A stretch of 64,000 nucleotides of DNA. Origin: Alphaproteobacteria bacterium. GTDB lineage: Bacteria > Pseudomonadota > Alphaproteobacteria > MPNO01 > UBA830. The stretch lies in the NCBI GenBank assembly GCA_965243135.1, contig OZ251539.1, positions 1,760,001 through 1,824,000 of the forward strand, in the 5' to 3' direction. The position numbers and the translations under genes are program-made. Positions 29,216 to 39,068 of this stretch are shown here, in pieces. Each line of letters begins with the position of its first letter. The first letter of the stretch is position 1. The notes below the pieces were generated by a model. The model was not told the origin of the DNA and did not search any database. It saw only the letters and a list, made by a program, of their open reading frames with translations.

Positions 29216-29944
29216 GTGTTGGAGTTTTCCGAAGCGCAGCTCGCGCTCCATTTCGCGACCTTCTGCGCAGCCGCCCTGCAGACGATCATCGGGATCGGAT
29301 TCGGCGTGGCGGCGGGGCCGGCGCTCATGCTGGCGATGCAGGGCGCCTCCGCCGTCCAGGTATCCGTGCTGTTGAGCTTTCTGGTCTCGGCGGCCTTGTG
29401 CCGCTCGTCCTTCCGGCAAGCGGACAGAATCGCGTTTCGGGATTTTCTCGGCGGCGCCCTTCCCGGCGTTCTTCTCGGCGCGCTGGCCTTTTTCCTGATC
29501 GCCTTCGACCTCCTGAAGACGCTTGCGGGAGCGACGGTGCTGGCGATGCTCGTCCTCACCTTCCTGGCGCCGAAGCGCGCCGGAAGCCGGGACAGCCGTT
29601 CGGGGCGGCTTATGGCCGGCGGCGCCTGCGGATTCCTGACCGCCCTGCTTGCCATGCCCGGACCGCCGCTCGCCGCATATCTGCTGTTCGCGCGAATCGA
29701 CGTCGCCAAGGTCCGGGCGACGACGCTGGCGATGTTCATGTTCGCCTATCCGGCCGCTTTCGCGGCGCAGGCTCTGGCCGCGGGCGTAGAGAAGGCGACC
29801 TTATCGACTGCGGCTGCGCTTGCGCCCGCGGCGCTGCTTGGGGTTTGCTGCGGCGCGCTGCTTGCGAAGCGCGTGTCCGAACGGCTGTTCCGCCAGGTGG
29901 TGAGAGTCGTGCTGCTGATCGCCGGATCGGCGTTGTTGCTCTGA
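29216..29944 (+). CDS. TauE/SafE (TSUP) family exporter
   Basis: GIGFG, MPGPP, RAT; hydrophobic; GTG start assumed. Confidence 0.8.
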   Translation: MLEFSEAQLALHFATFCAAALQTIIGIGFGVAAGPALMLAMQGASAVQVSVLLSFLVSAALCRSSFRQADRIAFRDFLGGALPGVLLGALAFFLIAFDLLKTLAGATVLAMLVLTFLAPKRAGSRDSRSGRLMAGGACGFLTALLAMPGPPLAAYLLFARIDVAKVRATTLAMFMFAYPAAFAAQALAAGVEKATLSTAAALAPAALLGVCCGALLAKRVSERLFRQVVRVVLLIAGSALLL

Positions 29945-30043
29945 AGGGATGCCGCCAAAGAACGTTCGCCGCCGCATGGCCCCGGAGCGGCTCGCGCCGG
30001 TGATAGAATGTCCGGCGCGTCCGGCTGAATTGGAGAACGCATC

Positions 30044-30835
30044 GTGGACACGGAATATCAAAATATCGTTACGGAAACGGACGGCGAATTGCTGATCGTG
30101 ACGCTGGAGTGGCCGGAGCGCCTCAACGCGTTGAGTCACCGGATGAGGGTCGATCTGCTCGATTGCGTTCGCCGCGCGGAGGAGGAAGAGACCGTAAGGG
30201 CCATCGTGCTCACGGGCCGCGGCGACAGGGCGTTCTCGGCCGGAGCGAATATTCCGGAACTGGAAGAAAGGAACTTGAGGTCGGAACTCGGGAGCGCGGC
30301 GACGCTCAGAAAGGAATTGCCCACCGCTGTCGAACGCCTCGCGAAGCCGAGCGTGGCCGCGATCAACGGATACTGCTTCGGGGCCGGGCTCGAGCTGGCG
30401 CTTGGTTGCACCATCCGCATCGCCAGCGACAGCGCGACCCTCGCCCAGCCCGAAATCAAACTGGGCCAGATACCCGGAAGCGGCGGCACTCAGCGCCTGT
30501 ACCGGTACGTGGGCCTCGGCTGGGCCATGCAAATGATCCTCACCGGAGAACCGGTGGACGCAAAAACGGCGCTCTCGATCGGATTGGTGACCGAGGTGCT
30601 TCCTCCGAGCGATCTCCTTCCGCGGGCGAAGGCGCTGGCGCGGACGCTCGGCTCGCGGGCGCCGCTGGCCTTCGCCGCCGGCCGGGATGCCGTTCTGCGT
30701 TCGACGGAATCCGACCTGTTGACCGGAATCGATTACGAACGAAAGCTCTACGCCATCTGCGCCGCCACGGAGGACAGCAAGGAAGGTCTCCGGGCCTATG
30801 CCGAGAAGCGTCGACCGGTCTACAAGGGCCGCTGA
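30044..30835 (+). CDS. Enoyl-CoA hydratase/isomerase
   Basis: AFSAGANI, GAGLEL, PEIKLG, GGTQRL. Confidence 0.92.
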   Translation: MDTEYQNIVTETDGELLIVTLEWPERLNALSHRMRVDLLDCVRRAEEEETVRAIVLTGRGDRAFSAGANIPELEERNLRSELGSAATLRKELPTAVERLAKPSVAAINGYCFGAGLELALGCTIRIASDSATLAQPEIKLGQIPGSGGTQRLYRYVGLGWAMQMILTGEPVDAKTALSIGLVTEVLPPSDLLPRAKALARTLGSRAPLAFAAGRDAVLRSTESDLLTGIDYERKLYAICAATEDSKEGLRAYAEKRRPVYKGR

Positions 30836-30857
30836 CCGGTTTTGCAGGAAGAGGCAG

Positions 30858-32435
30858 ATGCAACCGTCACGGTTCGGAAGAAGCGATATCGAGGCCTTTC
30901 TCGAGGCAGGTTACTGGTCTCGCGAAACGATGGTCGATCGCTACCGGTTCTACGCCGCCGCGCTTCCGGCCAAAGTCGCTTGCCGCGATCCCGCGGAGAC
31001 GCTTACCTGGAAAGAGTTGGACGCCGCCACCGACCGCGTTGCCGCGAGCCTCGTCGAACTCGGACTGGAACGCGATGCGCGGGCTTTGGTCCGGATGCCG
31101 TCCTCGTGTCGGGAAGTCGTACTCAGAATCGCCTTCAAGAAGGCGGGGATCATCGGCGCTTTCGTTCCCCTGCAGTGGCGTCGAAGGGAACTGGATTACG
31201 TCCGGGAGCGGATCGAACCTGCGCTGGCGGTCATGTCGCCCGTCGAGCCGGACGAAACGGCGTCTCTGGACGCAATGTTCGCCGCCGGCTGCCGCATCGA
31301 TCCGACGGACGACCCCTGCGACGGCTGGCTTGCCTGGCGAGAACTCCTGTCGCCCGGCGAACCCGACCGTTCCCGATCTTTCTCGTTCGACGAGGTTTCG
31401 CTCGTTACCGCATCCAGCGGCACCAGCGGCCTCGCCAAGTTGTGCGAATGGCCCGAAGCCGCCCAGATGTGCGTTGCGCGCGGCATTGCGGACAGGATGG
31501 GGATTGTCGCCGAAGACAATGTCGGCGTATTCGCCCCCATGTCGGGAGCCGCCGGGGTAATCGTATGGATAGCGTCCGGTTCGGCGCCGTGCAGCTTCAG
31601 TTTCCCCGGCAGCTATCGTGCGGCCGCATTGCTGGACGACGTTCAACGATGGGGAATCACCGTCGGCACGACAGTGCCGGTAATCCTGGCCCGGCTCGCC
31701 GAAGAGCCTTTGACGTCCTTCGACCTGAGTTCGCTCCGGGCGCTCCGCGTCGGCACCGCGGCGGCGAACATCGACGCGGCGCAGACCTTCGAGCGCCGAA
31801 CCGGATGCAGGGTTGTCGTGGCGTCAGGCAGCATGGAATGCCCCGGTTTCGGGCACGCCGGCGCGGACGAGCCGCAACGCGCGCGGTTGAGCGGCGCCGT
31901 GGGACTGCCCCTCCCCGGCTGCCGGCTTCGGATCGAGGACGAACGGGGCCGGGAACTGCCCGCGGGAAGCGCCGGCGAGCTGAAGGTTTCGGCGCCCTAC
32001 GCGTCTTCCGGCTACTGGGGAGACCCGGAAGCGACGAAAGCCGCGTGGTCCGACGGGTGGTACGCCACCGGCGACCTCGGAGTTCTCGACGGCGAAGGGC
32101 GGCTCACTCTCCTGGGGCGCATCAAGGAAGTGATCAACCGCAGCGGACACAAGATCGTCCCCAACGAAATCGAGCGGGAAATTTCCAGGCATCCGGATGT
32201 CTTCGAATGCGCGGTCATAAAGGCGCCTGACTCCGAATACGGAGAGGTCCCCTGGGCTTTCGTGCAAATGCATCCCGGCAAATCGCTCGATGCCGAGGCG
32301 CTTGCCGCAACCCTGCAAGGGCTCGCAAGCTACAAGATGCCCGCTCGCTTCGTCGAATTGCCGGAGTTTCCGCGCGTAAGCGGCAACAAGATCGACAAGA
32401 AAGCGCTTCTTGCGGCGCCTTCCGGGGAAGCCTGA
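30858..32435 (+). CDS. AMP-dependent acyl/aryl-CoA ligase
   Basis: SSGTSGLAK, TGDLG, GRIKEVINRSG, GNKIDKK. Confidence 0.88.
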   Translation: MQPSRFGRSDIEAFLEAGYWSRETMVDRYRFYAAALPAKVACRDPAETLTWKELDAATDRVAASLVELGLERDARALVRMPSSCREVVLRIAFKKAGIIGAFVPLQWRRRELDYVRERIEPALAVMSPVEPDETASLDAMFAAGCRIDPTDDPCDGWLAWRELLSPGEPDRSRSFSFDEVSLVTASSGTSGLAKLCEWPEAAQMCVARGIADRMGIVAEDNVGVFAPMSGAAGVIVWIASGSAPCSFSFPGSYRAAALLDDVQRWGITVGTTVPVILARLAEEPLTSFDLSSLRALRVGTAAANIDAAQTFERRTGCRVVVASGSMECPGFGHAGADEPQRARLSGAVGLPLPGCRLRIEDERGRELPAGSAGELKVSAPYASSGYWGDPEATKAAWSDGWYATGDLGVLDGEGRLTLLGRIKEVINRSGHKIVPNEIEREISRHPDVFECAVIKAPDSEYGEVPWAFVQMHPGKSLDAEALAATLQGLASYKMPARFVELPEFPRVSGNKIDKKALLAAPSGEA

Positions 32436-32607
32436 ATACCGGGTTTCCGGAAGAATCCCGGGGAAAGACATCCCGTACGGTCCGGGGAAGACGTTCGGCG
32501 TCCCTGCCTGGAAATGGTTGTTCCTTCCGGCCCCCACCCTGCCCGTCCACTCGTTATTCGGCGTCTGTCCGCCGCAGAGTTCTCGGTTTTCCGGGATGCG
32601 GGCAGCG

Positions 32608-34041
32608 TCAATCGAAGATCGCCGGGAACTTTCGCCGCACTTCCGCGGCGAGTTCGGGCGAGGTCATGGCGACGTCGGGAAAGTCGTCGATGCGTTCGTA
32701 GGGTATGCAGGCGTCGATGACGACGCGGCTGTTGTAGAGCTTGTCGTCGAACACCATCGTATCGAGGCGCGACGACCAGTTGCGGTCGAGGATCGTGAAG
32801 TCGCGCTTCGGATCGGAACGCGTCCCCATCGCCCAGATCACGTCGTTTATGTCGGTCGGGTCGATGTCGTCGTCCACCACCACGATGTAACGGCCGACAT
32901 AGCCCGTGGGATTCACTTGCGAGGCTACGAGGCCAACCTGGTTGGCGTGCCCGAAATATCTCTGCTTGATCGATACTGCGACGAAGGTGCGGCCGGAACC
33001 CGCCTGATGGACCCAGACTCCCCTTACGTCGGGGATGCCGGCCCCTTCCAACGAGTCCAGCAGCCCGGCGGAGCGGATGAAGCAGCGTTCGAAGAGATGC
33101 GAATGGGGAGGCTTCTGGCTGGCGGCGCAGGTCAGGATCGGCTCGTCCCGGTGATAGACGCGCTCGATATGAATGACCGGCTCTTCCCTGGCGTCTCCCG
33201 CGTAGTATCCGGTCCATTCCCCGAACGGTCCCTCCAGCGCGGTCTCGTCCGGCGAAACCCAGCCTTCGAGGACGAGTTCGGAACGCGCGGGAAACGGCAG
33301 GCCGGTCGTCTCTCCTTCGACGCAATCGAGCGGCTCTCCGGTCAATCCGCCCGCCCAATCGAACTCCGGCACGTCGTCCGCCAAGGTGTAGCGCGCCGCG
33401 ATGTAGGTCGCCGGATCGATCCCCACCACGATGACCATGGGGCACTTCTTTCCCGCCTCGAGGTACTTGTCGCGCTGGATCCGTCCCTGCTTGCCGTTGG
33501 AAATATAGGAGGTCGCGACGTTCCTGCCGTTGATCATCACCCTGTACGTGCCGACGTTGATCCGTCCGGTGTCTGGATCCCTAGTGACGACGCCGCAGGC
33601 GGTGCCGATATAGCGCCCGCCGTCCTTCTCGTGGTGAATCGGAACCGGGAATTTCAACAGATTCACCTTGTCGTCCCGGTCGACGTTCTCGAACACCGGC
33701 CCTTCGGGCACGATGCGCGGCGGCACCGGTTCGTACCGCTTGATGCGCTTGCGGTACGCGTCGAGCATCGCGCGGCGGTCCCCGGAGGCCGCGGAATCCA
33801 GCCCCAGCCCCAAGGCCAGTCGAAGCGGCGAGCCGAGCATGCCGTAAAGGCAGCGAAAACCCTTGGGATAGCCGGGCACCTCGTCGAACAGCAGGAGCGG
33901 CGACCTGTCGACCTTTTCGCGATAGAGGACCTCGGTCACGGCGCCGATTTCCTTGTCCCAGTGAGCGCCGGAAACGGTCCTGAGCTCGCCGCCGTCTTCG
34001 ACCGCCGCAAGAAAATCGCGGAGGTCGGTCTGCACGCGCAT
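32608..34041 (-). CDS. UbiD family prFMN decarboxylase (copy 2)
   Basis: DLRDFL, DGGRYIGT, NVGTYR, EGPFGEWTGYY, VVVDDDIDP. Confidence 0.92.
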   Translation of the reverse strand: MRVQTDLRDFLAAVEDGGELRTVSGAHWDKEIGAVTEVLYREKVDRSPLLLFDEVPGYPKGFRCLYGMLGSPLRLALGLGLDSAASGDRRAMLDAYRKRIKRYEPVPPRIVPEGPVFENVDRDDKVNLLKFPVPIHHEKDGGRYIGTACGVVTRDPDTGRINVGTYRVMINGRNVATSYISNGKQGRIQRDKYLEAGKKCPMVIVVGIDPATYIAARYTLADDVPEFDWAGGLTGEPLDCVEGETTGLPFPARSELVLEGWVSPDETALEGPFGEWTGYYAGDAREEPVIHIERVYHRDEPILTCAASQKPPHSHLFERCFIRSAGLLDSLEGAGIPDVRGVWVHQAGSGRTFVAVSIKQRYFGHANQVGLVASQVNPTGYVGRYIVVVDDDIDPTDINDVIWAMGTRSDPKRDFTILDRNWSSRLDTMVFDDKLYNSRVVIDACIPYERIDDFPDVAMTSPELAAEVRRKFPAIFD

Positions 34042-34078
34042 ATTGCTCCCGTTCATCGTCGCTCTCCGGGCGGCTGCG

Positions 34079-34112
34079 AAAAAGCCCGCCGCTTCTTCGC
34101 GAAGCGGCGGGC
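34079..34112 (-). terminator. Intrinsic terminator between the two ubiD genes
   Basis: Minus strand GCCCGCCGCTTC-GCGAA-GAAGCGGCGGGC-TTTTT (12-bp perfect stem plus U tract). Confidence 0.6.
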
Positions 34113-34148
34113 CCGGGTTCGGCGAAGAGCCCTTCGCCTCGTCCGAGT

Positions 34149-35657
34149 CTATTCGCAGAGATGGCCCCACTTTTCACGCGATTCCCGAGCCAATTCGGGC
34201 GATGGCGCGTTGACCGGCGGGAACTCGTCCTTCCAGTGGAACGGACGGCAGGCGTCGATGATCGCGCGGCTGTTGGTGAGATTGCCCTTCTCTTTTTCCC
34301 ACGGCGGGATGCGGGGGTCGAGGTGGGTCGACCAGGCGCCGTTGATGATGTCGATCGACGTGGCCGGATCGGAGCGCGTGAGCATCGCCCAGATCAACTC
34401 CTCGAGGTTGGACACGTCGACGTCCTCGTCGGTGACGATTACGTATTTGCCCGCGTAGGCGCCGACATGGCACTGGCAGGCGACATGGCCAGCCTGCTTG
34501 GAATGCCCCGGATAGCGCTGCTTGATCGAAACGCCGATCAACATGCGCGCCGTGCCGACTTCGTGCAGCCAGGCGGCGGTCACGTCCGGCACGCCGGCCT
34601 TCGCGATGTTTTCCTTGAGAAGGGCCGAACGCGTCACCGCGCGGTAACGGGCGAGTTCGTCCGGCGGGCGCTGGGGCGGGCAGCCGAGGATGATCGGGTT
34701 GTTCCGATGATAGATCGCCTTGATCTCCATCACCGGCTCCTCGCGCATCAGCGAACCGTAATACCCGGTCCACTCCCCGAAAGGACCCTCGGGTTTCTTG
34801 TTCGTCGGATGCACGAAACCCTCAAGCACGATCTCGGCGTCGGCGGGAAACGGCAGGCCGGTGTGCCTGCCTTCGATCATCTTCATCGGCTCGCCGCGGA
34901 AACCGCCGACCACGTCGAACTCGCACACGCCCGGCGGCACTTCCGAGCAACCCATCAGGAAGGTCATCGGATCTCCGCCGCACACGATGACCGCCGGCAT
35001 CGGTTCGTTGCGCTGCTGATACTTGTCGCGGTGGACCCGTCCGTGCTTGCCGGGCGAAATGTAGAAGCCGACCTCGTTCTTGCTCTGAACCATCACGCGA
35101 TAGGTGCCGATATTGATCCAGCCCGTGTCGGGGTCGCGAGTGACGTTGTAGGAACCGGTCCCGATGTAGCGTCCGCCATCCTGCTCGTGCCACATCGGCG
35201 TCGGAAAGGCTTCGACGTCGACCGCGTCGCCTTCGATCACGTTTTCCAGCACCGGGCCGCGCTCGACGATCCGATGCGGAATCTGGGCCAGCTCTTCCAT
35301 GTAGTTCTTCCGGAAAGCGTCGGTCAGCTCGATCTTGCTCAACTCCGAGGGAAAGCCGAGCGTCATGTTGGCGCGCTTGCCGGCGAAGAAGTTCACGAGG
35401 ACCCGCGATCCGTCGAGCGTTCCGGGCACGTTTTCGAAGACCACGCAGGGCGCCTTTTCGTCGTGAAGCACGACCTCGGCAGCCATGCCGATGTCGCGCT
35501 CCCAGCTGGCTCCCTCGACGTGCTTTACCTCGCCGAGCTTCTCCGCTTCCTCGAGCCATTCGCGCAGGTCTTCGTACGGAATCCGGAGTTCGTTCGGCGT
35601 CGCGGCTACGGGTCCGGCAGACACCTTGCCGATTGCGTTTCCCATATCGTCGGCCAT
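34149..35657 (-). CDS. UbiD family prFMN decarboxylase (copy 1)
   Basis: YEDLREWL, DGGRYIGT, NIGTYR, EGPFGEWTGYY, VTDEDVD. Confidence 0.92.
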   Translation of the reverse strand: MADDMGNAIGKVSAGPVAATPNELRIPYEDLREWLEEAEKLGEVKHVEGASWERDIGMAAEVVLHDEKAPCVVFENVPGTLDGSRVLVNFFAGKRANMTLGFPSELSKIELTDAFRKNYMEELAQIPHRIVERGPVLENVIEGDAVDVEAFPTPMWHEQDGGRYIGTGSYNVTRDPDTGWINIGTYRVMVQSKNEVGFYISPGKHGRVHRDKYQQRNEPMPAVIVCGGDPMTFLMGCSEVPPGVCEFDVVGGFRGEPMKMIEGRHTGLPFPADAEIVLEGFVHPTNKKPEGPFGEWTGYYGSLMREEPVMEIKAIYHRNNPIILGCPPQRPPDELARYRAVTRSALLKENIAKAGVPDVTAAWLHEVGTARMLIGVSIKQRYPGHSKQAGHVACQCHVGAYAGKYVIVTDEDVDVSNLEELIWAMLTRSDPATSIDIINGAWSTHLDPRIPPWEKEKGNLTNSRAIIDACRPFHWKDEFPPVNAPSPELARESREKWGHLCE

Positions 35658-35750
35658 CGCCTGTTTCCTTTTCGGTGGGTGGGGAACACGGCGCGATCAT
35701 GCGCCGAAAGCACGAAGCCGAGCTTACCATCGCCCGGCGATTTGCCACAA

Positions 35751-35774
35751 ATACCTTATCGCGATACATGCGAT
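35751..35774. promoter_or_regulatory. Putative LysR binding site
   Basis: ATAC-N7-CGAT (T-N11-A) overlapping the palindrome ATCGC-N7-GCGAT in the ubiD/lysR divergent spacer. Confidence 0.4.
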
Positions 35775-35795
35775 CTCGAATTGAGAACGCTTGAC

Positions 35796-36701
35796 ATGGA
35801 TCTTCGCCAACTCCGGTACTTCGTGCGCATCGCGGAGAGCGGCTCGTTCCGCGAGGCCGCCGGGCGCGCGAACGTCGCGCAATCCGCGCTCAGCCGCCAT
35901 GTGCGCGCCCTGGAGGAAGAGCTGGGAGTCGTTCTCCTCGAACGCCACGCCCGCGGCGTGCGCCTGACGGCGGCCGGCGGCCGCCTTTTCGAGCGCGCCT
36001 CCCAGATTCTCAAGGACGTCGAGGACGTTCGCGCCGAACTGACCGCCGAAAGCGCAAGCCCGGGCGGCACGGTCAGCGTCGGCGCGTCGGCGACGACCAG
36101 CCGGCTGCTCTACGGTCGCCTCGCGGAAGCGGCCGGGACGCGGTTTCCCCGCATCGCCATCAACATGCTGGAAGGCGCGCCGTACTTCCTTCTGGAGGGT
36201 CTCGACACCGGGCGCATCGACCTCGCGGTAATGGTCGATCCGGAGCCCCGCAGCCGCCTCGCGACCGAACCGCTGGTCAACGAGACGCTTTACCTTATCG
36301 GCGGCAACCGGAAGTCCGGAATGCCGGCCCCGCCCTGCGCGGTCCGCGATCTCGAGAACCTGCCTCTGGTGCTGTTTTCGCGGCCGTCGGGCAGCCGCAT
36401 GTCGGTGGAGGCGGCAGCGGCGGAACAGGGGGTCAGGCTGAACGTGCGTTTCGAAGCCGCGAGTCCGGACGTGGCCAAGGACTTCGTCCGGCGCGGCCTT
36501 GGATTCGGCCTGATGCCGCATTCCTCGATCTATCGAGACGTGCAGGCCGGCGAACTTTCCGCCGTCAGGTGCGACGGCCTCCGGCTGACGCGCGCCTTCG
36601 TTCGCCGCACCGACCGGCCCTCCTCCCCTGCCGTCGAGGCCGTCGCCGGCCTGATTCGCGACGAATTCCGGGCGTTGATCGCCGAACGCGCATTCGGATG
36701 A
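35796..36701 (+). CDS. LysR family regulator
   Basis: MDLRQLRYF...AQSALSR..LEEELG..LLER. Confidence 0.93.
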   Translation: MDLRQLRYFVRIAESGSFREAAGRANVAQSALSRHVRALEEELGVVLLERHARGVRLTAAGGRLFERASQILKDVEDVRAELTAESASPGGTVSVGASATTSRLLYGRLAEAAGTRFPRIAINMLEGAPYFLLEGLDTGRIDLAVMVDPEPRSRLATEPLVNETLYLIGGNRKSGMPAPPCAVRDLENLPLVLFSRPSGSRMSVEAAAAEQGVRLNVRFEAASPDVAKDFVRRGLGFGLMPHSSIYRDVQAGELSAVRCDGLRLTRAFVRRTDRPSSPAVEAVAGLIRDEFRALIAERAFG

Positions 36702-36780
36702 ACCGCGGCGCGAACGGCGGACGGTTTGACCGGGCGGAGGCGTCGCCGCATAAACGATCCGTCGCCGAACGAGGAAGACG

Positions 36781-38592
36781 ATGATGGGACCGCCCGGTTA
36801 TCACGAAACGCCCGTCAATCTGCCGGCCAACCGGTCGGAACCGCAATACGTTTCGGATGCGATCGCGGATCTGCTCGCCGGCATGGAGTTCGGGCATGTC
36901 TTCCTGCTGCCCGGCGCGAGCTACCGCGGCCTTCACGATTCGCTCGTCAACCACAATCGCAACATCGATCCGCAGATCGTGCTTGCGACAAGCGAATTGT
37001 CGGCGGTCTCGATGGCGCATGGCTACGCCAAGGCGACCGGCAAGCCGTCCCTCTGCATTCTGCACGATCTGGTCGGCGTCATGAACGGCTCGATGGGCGT
37101 CTACAACGCCTGGTGCGACCGCGCCCCGGTCGTCTTTCTCGGCGGGTCGGGCCCTCTTGACCCGGACCGGCGGCGCTTCATCGACTGGAATCATTCGGCC
37201 AGCACGCAGTCGGATATCGTCAAGAAGTGGGTGAAGTGGACGGACGAGCCGCCCACCGCCGCCGCGATTCTTAAATCCATTCTGCAAGGCCGCGCCATCG
37301 CCGCGACGCCTCCGACGGGCCCGGTATATGTGTCCGTCGACAGCCACGTTCAGGAAGAGCCGCTCGACGAACCGCTCGAGACATTTGATCCGGCGCTGCC
37401 GCGCTATCGGCCGCCGCCTCCCGCGGCGCCCAATGAAGAGGCTCTGGCGCAGGCCGCCGCGTGGATCGTCGACGCCGAGTTTCCGGTCATCGTCGGCGGA
37501 CGGCTCGGAATCCGAGAACGAATGCGCGCCCCGCTGATCGATCTGCTTGAAGTTACAGGCGGGGGCGGCCTCAACGACCGCGCGGTATATTGCTGGCCGA
37601 GCGATCACCCGCAGAACCTGTCGGGCGACCGGGACGCGATCCGCGAGGCCGACGTCATCGTCTGTCTGGACGTAATCGACGTCAACAACGTCATGGGCGC
37701 CTACGCCGTCCGCCGCCGTTCGGACCGGCTCGACGCGCGCAAGAAACCGCCGCCCCGAATCATCGACCTGTCGCTCAATCCGTTGGACAACAATTCATGG
37801 ACGGGTTTCGGCGGACCGACGCCTCCCGTCGACCTGCAAATCGTTTGCGAACCGGAACACGGCGTCGAACGCCTGACCGCCGCGGTCCGGAAGGCGGCCG
37901 AGGGCGGCGCGAGAGCCCGCATCGAAGCCCGTCGAAAAATGCTCGCCGAGCGCCACGAAAAATTGCGGGTGGCCCAGACCGAAGAGGCACGCAAGGAATG
38001 GGACTCTTCGCCGATCAAAGTGGATCGCATGATCCACGAGGTGTACCAGGCCGTGAAGGACAGGCCGTGGGCGCTCACCGCCGCCAACCACAGGAGTTTC
38101 AACGAGGTTGTATGGAACTTCCCCGGCGCGGGCGCCTATCTCGGGGCCGATGGCGGCGGCGGCGTGGGATACAACGCGCCAGCGGCGGTCGGCGCCGCGC
38201 TGGCTCTGCACCGGCAAGGAAAGTTTTGCGTCTCGCTGGGCGGCGACGGCGATTACCTCATGGCTTCCGGGTGCATCTGGACAGCGGCGCATTACCGCGT
38301 CCCGATGCTGCATGTCATCAACAACAATTCGACCTGGGGAAACGACGAAGTTCATCAGATAGAGGTCGCCCATGCCCGCAACCGGCCGGAGGACAACGCG
38401 TGGATCGGCCAAGCGATGCGCGATCCCGTCATAAATTTTGCGCAGGTGGCCCGCGGCTTCGGCGCCTGGGCCGAGGGTCCGGTAAGCGATCCAAGGGACC
38501 TTGCCTATGTGCTGCGGCGGGCGGTGTCCGCGGTAGATAACGGGGGCGTCGCCCTCGTCGACGTTAGAACGCGGTTGGGGCGCGTTTCATAG
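36781..38592 (+). CDS. Thiamine pyrophosphate-binding enzyme (decarboxylase/lyase-like)
   Basis: PGASYRGLHDS, ATSE..AV.MAHGYAKA, GDGD...NN. Confidence 0.9.
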   Translation: MMGPPGYHETPVNLPANRSEPQYVSDAIADLLAGMEFGHVFLLPGASYRGLHDSLVNHNRNIDPQIVLATSELSAVSMAHGYAKATGKPSLCILHDLVGVMNGSMGVYNAWCDRAPVVFLGGSGPLDPDRRRFIDWNHSASTQSDIVKKWVKWTDEPPTAAAILKSILQGRAIAATPPTGPVYVSVDSHVQEEPLDEPLETFDPALPRYRPPPPAAPNEEALAQAAAWIVDAEFPVIVGGRLGIRERMRAPLIDLLEVTGGGGLNDRAVYCWPSDHPQNLSGDRDAIREADVIVCLDVIDVNNVMGAYAVRRRSDRLDARKKPPPRIIDLSLNPLDNNSWTGFGGPTPPVDLQIVCEPEHGVERLTAAVRKAAEGGARARIEARRKMLAERHEKLRVAQTEEARKEWDSSPIKVDRMIHEVYQAVKDRPWALTAANHRSFNEVVWNFPGAGAYLGADGGGGVGYNAPAAVGAALALHRQGKFCVSLGGDGDYLMASGCIWTAAHYRVPMLHVINNNSTWGNDEVHQIEVAHARNRPEDNAWIGQAMRDPVINFAQVARGFGAWAEGPVSDPRDLAYVLRRAVSAVDNGGVALVDVRTRLGRVS

Positions 38593-39068
38593 GCACAGGT
38601 CTGGAATTGCAAAACCAGAAAATATGCAAGAAATTGATTTTCAATCATTATCCATGTGCAAGCTGAGATGCGTCAGGATTAAAATCGGCGATTTCGTGAT
38701 AAAATGCCGTTTCGGGCGCGGATTTTGGCACGATCAGGGATCTGACGGGCAAAAAAGAAGGCTTCAAGCGGCAAGGTGCAGCAGAATGTTGGCGGAAATG
38801 CGATTGCCCGATGCTTGCGTTGCCTCCGAAAGTTTTGCAAAATAGAATTACACCCCATGGACAAAGCTTTGCGGTTATCCTCCGCCAATGCACCTTTGGT
38901 GCGTATCACGAAAGGCTTGATTTACAATTCGTATTGACGAAGAGTCATGGCGGCAGCCAAAAGCCAAACAAGCCCTTGGGAAAGAAACCAACTCCGCAGT
39001 TCATTGGGATTATCTTCATTATCAATACGATTTGCAAATTGAGTCTCACGAAATGTTGGAGCGTTGAG

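Noticed and set aside
38600-39060. Possible IS/transposase remnant or ncRNA at the islet edge
   Set aside because: AT-rich, but no terminal inverted repeats, DDE motif or recognisable RNA structure
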